Assembly (NCBI GenBank): GCA_046563655.1
Contig: CM102283.1
Coordinates: 8,556,001 to 8,620,000, forward strand
DNA from: Yuukianura sp. NJ FZ-2021
Taxonomy: Eukaryota
DNA: 64,000 bases
Reading direction: 5' to 3'
This document shows positions 11,362 through 23,300 of the stretch, one piece after another. The position numbers and the translations under genes were made by a program. The notes under the pieces were generated by a model. That model ran no database searches, was not told the origin of the DNA, and saw only the letters and a program-made list of their open reading frames with translations. Position 1 is the stretch's first letter. Every line of letters starts with the position of its first letter.

Positions 11362-14300
11362 TTATTCCAAATGAAAACATTCTGCTAGTGGAGCAGCGTA
11401 GTTGTTGAGAGGCCTGGAGTAATGATAATTTATTGCAAGGAGAAGGAGACTCCAGACGACTGTCATACTTGTCCAGTAGTGTCCAGCAGCACCAGCACTG
11501 GAACTGCCTGGTTCCAGCCCATTTCCACCCTCATCCGTTCGCACAATGACTGTATTGTAGGGATGAACTTTGCCAGGGACTTTGTTTCCGGCGGAAGCCG
11601 TTGTGTGATGCGTTGGTTTCCGGTTGTTTCGGGACTGTTGTCTATTCAGAGGGTTGTTTCTGTCGTAGGGCCGCGTACTCGTGGAATTACGGTAATCAAG
11701 GGGGTTATAAGTGCCGGACTCACGTCCACGACCAATACTGCCAGTACTACTGCCAGTATTTCTGTCAACGAAATTATCTTCGTAGTCTTCTTCTTCATAA
11801 ACGAGGTTAGGCTGAAGTCTAATTCTGCCGGAAGAAGAGTCTTCCAGAAGTTTGAGCTCTGGGGACAAAAATTCCGGGAATTTTGAATAAAAAAGTTGAA
11901 AAAGTTCGCAATTTTGAAAAATTGGATTTTGATTTTTACTAACCATGAAGTTTTATAATGCTTTCGACGTCCCCAATCGAATTTTTGGCAATACAACTAT
12001 ACTTGCCAGTATCTTCTGGTTGAAACCGTCTAATTATCAAAACCATTCGAACTTCGAACATGGATTTTGTGATTTCCTGGACTTCATATCGGTCTCCAGT
12101 GATGATCATGCCACCTTAGTTCAAAAATCAAATTTTGAAAAAAATTTCAAAATAGATTGCTGGTTTTTGAAAACTTTTCAAAAGTAATTTGAATTTGAAA
12201 TTTACCGCTGTCCTTGATCCAGAAATGAATCGATCTTGGGTACGCCTCAACATTACATTCCAGAACAACATCAGTGTTGGTTGGAGCTCCGACGAGCTGA
12301 TTGGGCACATGGATGACTGGGTGAACTAAAGTTTCAAAAAATCAAAATTCAAAATCTGAAATTAAGTTTTATCCCATTTTTAAAAAAGTTCTAAATTAGG
12401 TATTTTAGAAGAGCCAATGAAGTTAGGCGTTGTTTCCTGATTTCCTTAATCTAAAACCTTCTTTCCCTCATTATCTCTCTAACTTAGAACTTTCACAATC
12501 CTTCTAGGGGGGGGGGGTCTCAAGTGGGGGGGGGGGTTCTAGTGGGGGGGGGGGGTGCGTGAAAGTGCATTAGGCCCCCTGTCTCTAGGAACATTAGCTT
12601 CCAGAAGCTCCTTCCAAGGGGACAACCAGAGTCACAGAAAGCGGAAGAAAGTAATTTTGAGGAAAATCCGATTTAACGACTCATTTCATCATCCTCTCCA
12701 CAACCTTGTAGGGAATCAACTGCTCTGATAGTACTTTCTTAGAACAGGCTTTTTTAGAACATGCTTTTTAGAACAAGAACAAAATTTTGAAAAAAGAGTG
12801 TTTCTTGGCATAGTGTTTTCTGAAATAGACTTAGAATGAAAGCGTAAAAGAGATTTCAAGAAATTCGGAATTTGTTTAGGTTCTTTCCGGATCCTTGGAG
12901 CTAAAAAATTTGCTAGCTAAACCTGCGTGTCACTTAATGTTTTACTTCCCATTCAAATTTTAAAGTTTACCGCGTTTTCACTCCATTCACAACATTCAAA
13001 AAAAGTTATTAAAAAAAGTATATATTTCAAAATTTTAGGTTCCCGTTTATCCATTTCTCGAGTGATTTTCATCATTATTGGATTTAGAAAGTTTTGACTT
13101 ACAGTGGACGCTGAGAATAATTCGTTTGCTGATGGAAGGAGGAACGCCGTTGGAGGCAACTGAAAAAACCCGCGAAATTCAAAATTTGTAAATTTCAAAA
13201 TTTCCTGTTCAAAATTGTTACTAAAGTGTTGTCGTTGTGTGCTTACTGCAAAAGTAGGGTCCCATGTCTGCTCTGGATACTTTGGAAAGACGAAGTACAT
13301 TTCCCTCGAAGACAGAAACTAAACAAAAGGAAGGAGAAGAGAATTAAATGGAAGAAGAGACTCTCATAAATCCCCAAATGAAGCCACAATCCTAACGTAT
13401 GGAAACCATCCACTTTCACCACTAACCTAACATCCTACCAAACCTAGTACTTCCCTAGTACAAAGCTAAGTCTAAATCATTCCAATTCAAATTTCCAAGT
13501 TCAGTTTTGGAAGGAAAGATTAGAGTTAAGTTTGTGCTGAAAGGTATCCAACCCCTTTGGATTCTGGAGGGAGTAACTATTACAAAAGAGAGAAGCCAGA
13601 GCAGGAGAAAGGTTAGTTGATGAAAAGAGAAATTGACAATGACGTGACATACTCCCCCTCACAGTCAAGTGGCATCGCTTTGAACCTAACCGCCATGTCA
13701 TCATTCAACCACCATCAAAAGTCGAATGTTGCAAAAATGTCAACAACAAATAGGTCAAAAACTTTCTGTCAAAACTAAATTCCCCAAAACTTGATTTTAT
13801 TCACATTGATCCTAAAATACTGTGACCTTGCCTATCGATTTTGCTTTTTATGACCTCATGACTACTCATGTGATCTTGAAATTCAATTTTGATTTATTCT
13901 TTTTGTTTTTGAATCAATAAATTTAAATCTCTTCATGTCTCCACTGCATTGATTTCATCGCATGAAAAACCAAAACAAAATTTGATTTTCAAATTTATAT
14001 AATCCATGACTGTTTGTAGTTTTCGAAAAGAAAAAAGAAAAGTTTTCTGCAATATTAAAAACTGAACAAAAATCGAAATTATGACTCAATCTACTGGCTT
14101 TATGAATAGTTTATAAAAGTTTTCGTTGAATACAGCTTGTTTAAAATAAATTTTATGAAAAAATGTTGTTGTTTTTTTCATGATTTTTTTTTTGAAAAAA
14201 TATTATTGGCTGCTGTTGATTTTTTGAGAATAGAGGGGGATGATTTTGGGGAGAAAGTTTGTGAGGCGTGTTGAGTGACAGACAAGAGAAAGGAGGGCAG

Positions 14301-17300
14301 AAAGTGTCTCAATGTCGCCTTTGATCTCACCTGAAGCTGTCACCAGCCCAAAGCAAACAACGAACAGCATTGATTACCCTATGCTCCCACCACAATGGCC
14401 TTATGAACTCCAGTTGTCATGACAACCACACCAGAATTCCAATATCCTCCAGCATCATCCTCCTTCCAGGAATACAGGATTTGGAATCCTTAGAGTAGTA
14501 ATGATATTAGTTTACATAACGTATCCAACCCTACCATTCTTTGTTTTCTCCAAGGCATGAACAAGGAGAAAGTACGCCAAAAACCTGGGAATTGGATTTC
14601 ACTCACAAAATTCACAAATGGAATTTGCTGCTGCTGCTTTCTCTCCTCTAATCTCCGTCTTACACCAACTGAACGCTCCAAGGCACAACCAAAATCTACA
14701 CACGGGGCGGGAAATTTCAACATTTTCAAAATTTTGAAATGTCCCGCTTTTTTTTTTTAAAAAAGCGGTAGCTGTGACATATCGGTGTCGACGGAGACAT
14801 TTTGTAATAAAGTGAGGAGAAACTCCGGAAATGATGAAGTGGAAATTTTTTTTTCTTAGTCGCTTTCTCTCTTTCTTCATTAAAATCTTTTAGGCGTAGA
14901 GAAAACTAGGAAGCCTATAATCTAACCTTAGCCTTAGAAAATTTCCTACAAAAGTTTGAACTTTGTCGGTTCTCGGTTTGGAATGATTCGAGCGCAGGAT
15001 GGAAGTGAAAGGGAGCCAAAATTCAAAATTATTTGAGCTTTGATCTTAATATAAAAATTCCTTGGATTTCTTTCTCTTTTCCCATCTGGACACTCCAGCT
15101 CTAACTTTCTCCTGAAAATGAACCCCGCCAAAATTCGAAAACGTCAAATTCAAAATCTGGAGCTGAAATTTTCTTTAAGAGAGTCTCGAGGAGCGAGAGA
15201 GGGTGAGAGCAGGAGCAAAAGGCCATAAATCTGGACAGAGAGGAGCAGAAAGGCTATGGTATTTTTTATGTTCGTGTTTCACAAGACGATCCAACGACCC
15301 CATCCATCATTTACCCCATCAGAACACGATTTCAAATGAACCAACTTCTCCCGCCAAAAATTTAAACAGGTTTTGACTCTAAGAAGCGGTACTTCAAGTA
15401 TATTGGATGCTGGATGCAGTTTTGAGGTGTTTTCCTGGTGAAAGTTGAGCTAAAATCTAAGTAAATTTTTGAATTTTTGAAACCTACCGTGCGTTTTGCC
15501 GCCAATGGCTGACTTGAGAGTAATGTTGAGCGCATTTTCCCGCTTCCAAATGATGGAAGGTTGTGGATGACCTCTGGCGTTGCAAGTGAGTTTTACGGTA
15601 CTGCCCTCTGGGGCCATGAGGTCACCTGACGTCTCTTCTGGTATAAAGTCAGGCGGAATCACCACTTCCAGGAAAGCCACCTTAAGGGAATCAAATTCCA
15701 CACAAAACAGAGTAAGAATCATGACGTTGTAAAACTTGATGGACTTTTAAAAAAAAGAAGAAGAGATTTTCAAAAAAGCGGCTTCTTCAACCTCTGTGGC
15801 AAATTGCATCTTCAAAATCCCGGAGAATAGCGAAAACAAAAAAAAATGTAAACTATTTTTTCTGTTGCTAACCTGGCTCATCATGGGATCTGTATTGACC
15901 TGGCACATGTATGATCTGGCACAAAACCAAAATTTTGAACTTTCAAAAACTAAAATTTCATTTTTTTTTGAAAATTCTTACCCTCTGTCTTCTTCCTTGA
16001 CTCCCTTGATGTGTAGGTGCCAAGTGGAGTGATCTTCATGTGATACGCTAACTCTCGGATTGTGCGTGATGACGTGCGTATGAATTGCTTGAATTGCTTT
16101 CGAATCTGCCCGGACCCAACCCACCTGAAATTGGAAAAAAAAACAATCAGAAACAAAAACAATCTACCAATTTTTGTCTTTTTCTTATAATTTTTGTCGT
16201 GTTCTTATAATTTTCTTTTCATTTTGTATCCGTTTTTGGTCCACAGAAAATGATGATGCTGAAGTAATTTTTTCTTTATAAAATTCATCTGATGAGATTA
16301 AGATCTTAGCCTAAATGACTCGAAATCTGTTTGTTCTTCATCTGTCTTTGTCTTCTTAATCTCTATTTCTTGAAATCATCCAACCAAACCAAAATAACAA
16401 CAATTCTCCACTTGGCTAACCTCTTCAACAACAGAGTTACACAAGGATTATTTCTCTCACCAAAAAGAGAGAAGAGAAAAGAGAAAGTTAGAGCAGAAAA
16501 ACTCCTTGTGATGACAACAGAGTTGGACAAGAGAGTGAAAACGGTTAGGTTAACTGAAAGTTAGGCTAACGTTAGGCTAAGCTATAGTTGTGTTAGGCTA
16601 TGAGGAACCATGGGGTGGGTAATTTCTGGCTGGTCGTAGATCAAAAGTGACGTGGTGGGAGCACATGTTTGGAGATGCTTTCTCTTCTCCATCTCCTCCT
16701 TGGAAAAATGTAGTTGAAGAGAGAGATGGTTTTTGCAATTGTCACGACTTGCTGAACGACCTCCTTCCGGAACACAATGGGCAAGAGACAATGGGCAACA
16801 AATGGGCAGTAGGCAAGGACATATACACAAATTCCACCATGTTCCGACAAAGTTGGAGTTGCTGAGGCAGGAGGCAGAGCGACTTGCATACAGATACTAC
16901 TAGTCAGTGCGTAGTTTTGGGGAAAGTGAGACAACAGTTGGTTCGGATGCTTTCTTCAAACGATCTCTTCCTGGAGACATGAACTGAATTTTAAGTGGAC
17001 AAACTTTTCATACCGCAAGAGAACGAGAGCCTCTATTTCCCACAGATTTCATTAAACAGAATTCAAACAAACTGTGCTTTTCTCTGCCAACAAAAGAAAA
17101 GGAAACGCTTTTCGACTCGTCAAAAATTTCTGAAAAAAAATGGCCGGTGAAACACCGGCTCAAACTAGAAGCATTTTCCGTTTCAACTGGAATAGACTTA
17201 GCACTTAAAAACAAAATAATCGACAGCAAACCGATCAACACTTCCCAGTTTCAGAGAAACAGAAAATGGAAACTAAAATTTTGCAGAAATTGTTCATAAA

Positions 17301-20300
17301 AAAATAAGAAATTTTGTGACCGGTTTTTTTGACAAAAATTTTTTGCCTAAGGCAAATTCGATGGAAGGCATTGACTAAGTTGCATTTTATTTAGATCGGA
17401 ATAACGCCAGTTGATGTTTTAACTTTTAATCAAATTCCATTGGAGGTATTGACTATTCAAATTCAACAAACAAATTTTTTGGTACAATTGTCTTTCTGTG
17501 TGAATTGTTTAAGAATGTGTTTGTGGGGGATTGGACAAGACAAATTTTTGCTAGTTTTGCTGTGGGTGTTTTTGCTGTTGATCAAAAAGGTTTGACCATT
17601 TTGCATGACATGTGGAAATACTAAAGCCTCTCATTCACGTAGAGGCACTTGACTTGATTTGAGACCCAAATCACTTTCTCACCGCACGACCAACCAAGGT
17701 CGTTTTTCCTTATTCCAACCATTTTGTCTAACATGGAACTCCCGAAATTGAGTCGCTCTGGTACCGTTTATTGCGTTTTCAAAGAATTAGAAACTACCGC
17801 TGCACTCAAATGCAGCCCGGAACAGAAGCAGTAAGGAATTTCAAAGTTTTTCCCATCAAAAACTTTGTGCGAGCAGCCTAAGATCAAACTTGTCTCTTCC
17901 TGGGAGACTTTCTCTATTCAATTCTCATTAAATCCAGAAATCCACTTCATATAGACTCCACCTTCACCAAAATTGAAAAAAATTCCCGCCAAGAACAAAA
18001 GCCGCTTGGACTTTATCTTCCATTTTGAAAAAAATTCAAACAAAGAAGAAATGGTTTACGCAATTTACATTCTGGAGTCAAAACTTGGCGGGAAAACGAG
18101 CGGGAGGAGGAAATGGTCCTTGTTTTTAAAACTACGCGCGCAAACATCATTTGTTTTCTGAAGCATCTGTTCCTCCTTCCTTCTTCTTCTAAAAAATACC
18201 ACAACTGCCACTGGAAACTTAAAGATTTGCAACATTCTGCTCAATTTGAACAAAAGAAACCAAGAAAACGACACAAAACTGCTCATTTCCATCCATCTTT
18301 TCTCCAAATTCAAATTTACCCCCAAATACACATTTTGAAATTTCCAAAACACGTTAACATAGCCTGAAAACTCACAAAATAGGCTGAAAATACTGAAAAC
18401 ATAACTTAAAAAAGACAAGGTTAGCCTAATCTAAGTTAGTCAAGCAAAGTGAAAGTGACATGGAGAAAGTTTGCTCATTTTTTGGATCGAAATTGGATGG
18501 ATTTTAGCCGAAACCCTTGAACCCCCATTCAGTCCAAGGCTTAGCTAATCCTACCTGTCATCTAACTAAAAACTTACCCTCTGGGGTAACACCCACCCCT
18601 CAACCCTTAAATCCCACAATCACATTCTCCAAATCCCGCGCTTTTCGGGAAAAACCCGCCATTTTTTCAAAAAAATAGAAAACCGAAAACTACCCGCCAC
18701 TTTTTCTCACTGGTGTTCCAAAGTGACATGTTGCAGAGCTAAAGAATTAATGACACAGTGACAGGAAGAGAACTTAGAAAGAGAAAAGTTTTTGGAAACG
18801 TCTTGGACAGTTTAAGTTTTTCGATTCATTTGAACAAGAAAAAAAGGCGGGAAAAGTTTTGTTTCAGGTTGTACGTTGCATGTCTTGGGAAGTTGAGAGG
18901 GTGTAATTGGAAATTTGTCGTAACAGGAAGAAATAGAATTAAACTTATTTGAACTTACGCGGTATCCGCCCAGATCTTTCACGACACACGTAAAGGTCGC
19001 ATCTCGCCCCAGTCTGAAAACAAAGATCAAACAGTTTCGTTTTTTTAGAAACTGGACAACAGGGACAATGGATTAACAAAGTTTTTCAGCACAAACAAAC
19101 TTTTTTCGAAAATTTGAAAATTTGGAAAACTTTTTTGTTCAAAAACTTACGGCACTGTGACATTGTCCAACTGCTGTGCAAATTCTGGTTGAAATTCGGC
19201 CACTGCTCCACCATCTACAAAAAAATTGAAAATTATGTTGAAAATTGAAATGATAAAAAAAATTACCAAATTCTTCAGAATTTTTTTTGTTTGCAGGAAT
19301 GCTTCTTAAGGCTTAGTTTGTGCATCAAAAGTTCAATGCACTTGAGTTAAAATTGTGCTCAAGCCAATTTTTTTTTAGAAAAGTGCTTTTAAAAACTCCT
19401 TTTTTCAAAAAAGAGAAACTAGGAAGCTTTTTTTACGTCTTTGTATCAGTGGCATTCCGTTGATGGGTATTTAGTGCCTCTGTTTCTATTTTTGTCTCAA
19501 TGTGGTTGTGTCTTCATAAGGAAAATTTAGTGTACTTTTCCATTAGAGGAGATTGATTCTTTCCTTTGTTCTGGTCGTGACCGGGGGAAGCCAAGGAAAC
19601 TTAAAACTTTCTCTCCTTTGACTCACCCCCATTGTCTCCCATGCTACTTTACGAGAACTCTTTTGATTGGGCCAATGGGAGCCAAAACTGGAGAGACACT
19701 GTGTAGTTTAGTCCAGAGACACTCTGTACTTTTCAGTTGCTGTTCTGGAGTAGTTACTTCCTCCAAAAATGCTACAAAGTGGGCTTTACACCCTCCAGAA
19801 TAGTTTCTCCCTTCAGAAAGAAGTCCATTACTTCCATGATTTATAAGAGACAAACCAATCAAGGAAGTGTAGGCATCATAATCACAATTCTGCCCAAAAT
19901 ATCAACTGAAATGAACCTCATAAATGACATCTCAAAGTTGGGGGAAAAGCAGTTGAGGGTTTCCCCCTCTTCTGAGGGGTGGGATGCAGGAGGGGGCGGG
20001 GGATGAAATGAAAAGAAAAATTTGGAAATGGTTTCTAGAAATAAAGTTGCCTTTCCACTCATATCAAATTTTCATTTTCAAATGAAATTTTGGAGGAGGA
20101 AAGTGACATGGAGAAGTTTTGGGGAAGTCGGGGAATCTACGGAGAATGAAGGAAATATCTGAGAAATATTCGGGGAATAAATAAATTACAATTGGAATAT
20201 GTTTGGGAAATGTAGAGAAGTAGTGGGGAAATTTTTGAGGAAATTTGCGGATTTTGGGAAAAATTGTGGGAAGTTGCTAATTTTAGTTGGGAAGTAATGG

Positions 20301-23300
20301 GAAGTTGATGATTTTAGTCGGGAAATAATGAGAAGTTACTGATTTTAGTTGGAAAATAATGGGAAGTTGCTGATTTTTGGTGGGAAATAGTGGGGAGTTG
20401 CTGATTTTTGGTGGGAAATAGTGGGAAGTTGAGCATTGTTGATGGGAAATTGGAGAGTTTTGAAGTTTTAAGTACGTATTATTAGGTATAATGTCGATTT
20501 GAAGTTCCATTAACTCCCGTCCGTGTCAAAGAAAGTGTTTTCTTGGTTTTGTTATGTTTGATTTGGATGGAAATGAGTTGGGCTGAAGTTTAGTAGTGTT
20601 GAAAGAGCAAGTCCTTCGTATGGCATTAATTGGTTTGGGGGATTAGACAGTTTCTGGTGGGAGTGGATCTTAATGGAATTGTACTTTTGTATTTGTGTTT
20701 CTGGTGGGGAAGTGGGAAGGTGGGTCTCTTTCTGCCCCTCGGGTGGGTCTCTCTCAAACTTCCAAATTGAAACTGAAGACAGGGAGAAAGTTGAGGCGGG
20801 TGGAATTACTTTATTCAAACAATGGGCCAAGAGGAGAAAGGTGAGAATTCCCTCGCCTTCTGCACTCAAAACTCCCTCAAAGGAATCCCACAAAATCCTA
20901 CTTCCTTCAAACCTGAAATTGAATAATTCCAAATGCACAAAACCTAGCCGACAGCACTTTCCAAACTTAAGTTTTACATAAAAAAAATTCAAACCTTAAA
21001 ATTTTGAAGAAAAAATGTTAAAAAAAATTTTGAGTCTTCGTGGCCGCATTAAACTTTCAAAATCCATAAAACTATTTCGCCTAATTTCTCAGTTCAGTTA
21101 AGTCGTTAGAGTCTTTCGCGAATGTTTTTTTAACAAATTTTTATCAAAAATTATGAAAATGACTCAAAATTTTTAGTAACTCTTGAATGTCTAGGTCATA
21201 GTTTTTATTTGAGTTAAATTTCTCTTTAGTTTCGAGACATTTTTTCTCAAAACTTTTTTTTTCTCAAAAAACGATGTTTTCAAAGTCATTTATTAAATTC
21301 TACCGTCACGACCGTCTTTTTTTTCTTTCTAAATTCGAAATGAAATGAAGATGGTCGTAGAGAGATAAAACCCGTTTTATTTTTTTCTCATTCGGATTTA
21401 GATTTTTGTAGTGACTTTCTCTTTCAAATCTCTGCTTTTTTGAAAATGACTAGAGAGAGTCTGTCGAATGTTTCTTTTTTCCCGCCTTTCCTTCCTCTGT
21501 CTTGTGTCTTGTGTCGGAATAATGGAGTTGTCTGAAGGAATTATGAGAATATTCAAGGATAAATTAGCTCCCATTCATTTCCACTGGGACACATTTCCTC
21601 TGCTACCCGGGCATCAGAATGCCCGGGTATTCTGGTGCCTCCCGCTCTTCAATGAATAGAAACAGCCTCTCCTCTTAATGTCTTGATTAGAATTCTTAAT
21701 CAGACAAAGAATTTCCTCTTTTCTCTTCACTTTCAACAAAGTACAGGGCAGCTTCAAATTCAAGAGATTTTGAAAATTCTACACTTTTTTAGATCACTGC
21801 CGCCAGCGAGGCGCATCGCAAGGATTTTTGGGCCGAAAAAATCAAGATTAAGAAGTGAGTCTGCTTTTTACTCATTACAATTTCTACGAAAACAACCCAA
21901 TTCACAAGAAATTCGCAATCTTAAAACTGCAAAGTTCAAAAAAGCGCGGAATTTTTGAAATTCCGCACTTTTTTGCTGAAATGGCGCGCTTTCTCTTAAC
22001 ATCTCTGCCTTATGACTTTGTTGCCTCTCCTGAACCGTATAATTGAACTCCCGGAACAGCTCCCCTGCCAAAAGTCGAGCCTCATTTGAGAAAATACTTC
22101 GGCAGTACATTTCAGTCTCTTTAAAATCCAAGTTTTCCCGCTCTTTTTCAAAAAATCTCAAAATGTAAAAAAAGTACTCTTCTTTTTCTTTAAATGTAAA
22201 AGAAAAGAACGACACAATTCCCTTGTTGTCCTTCTTTTCTTTACATAAAACCAAATTAAAGTTGAAAGTAAAAAGAACTTCCACGCGCCTTTCGCGCAAA
22301 GTGCGAAGCTCTACCGTCGGAATCTATTCAATTTTTGAACAAAAGAGATTGTTCAAAATCTCCCGCCAAAATTTTGGACCAACTCTCTCCAATTGGTTTA
22401 GAAGTAGAGTCGTAAAGGACTAATTAAATGTGACTTAGGGAAACCATAAAATGATTTTCTCTTTTGTCCCTGCCGTTTCAGTGGCTTTCAAAAAGTTTTT
22501 GTTCAACTTCTGTTTGAACATAAAGTCAAGATGTTTTCTACCCCGTGCTACCTTCACATTTCCAACTCCCAAGATTTTCAAAATTTCTGTTACTCGTTTC
22601 AAAATTTTGAAGAAATAACTTTTGGTGGTGGAACTGCTTATGGGTGGAGAAAGCAGTTAAGAACGGACGGAAAATGTCGTCGTTTAGTAAGATTCAAAGA
22701 TTTTGGATACCTCGAGAGATGGAAGTTGTGTAAGATGGGAATAGGGAGATAAAGAGACCATAGGCTCGACTTTCTCCTGATTTAATGACCTCATTTCCAC
22801 CTTTAATTGAATCCTTTCCTAAACAACTTCACACTACAGCCATGAGGTTAGGGTGAGAGAGTGGAGAAAGTTAGGTTATGGGTTCGAAACCTGCTCGGGG
22901 CTTAGGGTCAGGGAGAAAGTCGAGAGTCAAAATGACTTTTCCCGCTCTTTTTCCTCCCGTACTTGGCTAAGGTTAGGCAGTACTTGATCCCAGTAGGACT
23001 CTTACAAGCAGGACGTTGAAAGGAACTGACGGATCCACAATTCTTTCTCGAAGGCTCCATGTACAATTTACCGTAAAGCTCCAAATAGTGGCCCTAGGGC
23101 ACTAATTCTTCCTAACTAATTCTATCATCGGCTAAGATGAATTGTACTTATGGTAGGTACAAGGGAATGTTCCCAGAATGCGCAAGGTTCGTAAACAAAA
23201 AAAAATTTTAGACACCAGGTTGTCCAATAACTGGAAGTTTTAGAATTGTTGAAGTTGAAAAACAAAATCTGCCTTTCTATGGTAATTTTTTGCATGTAAT

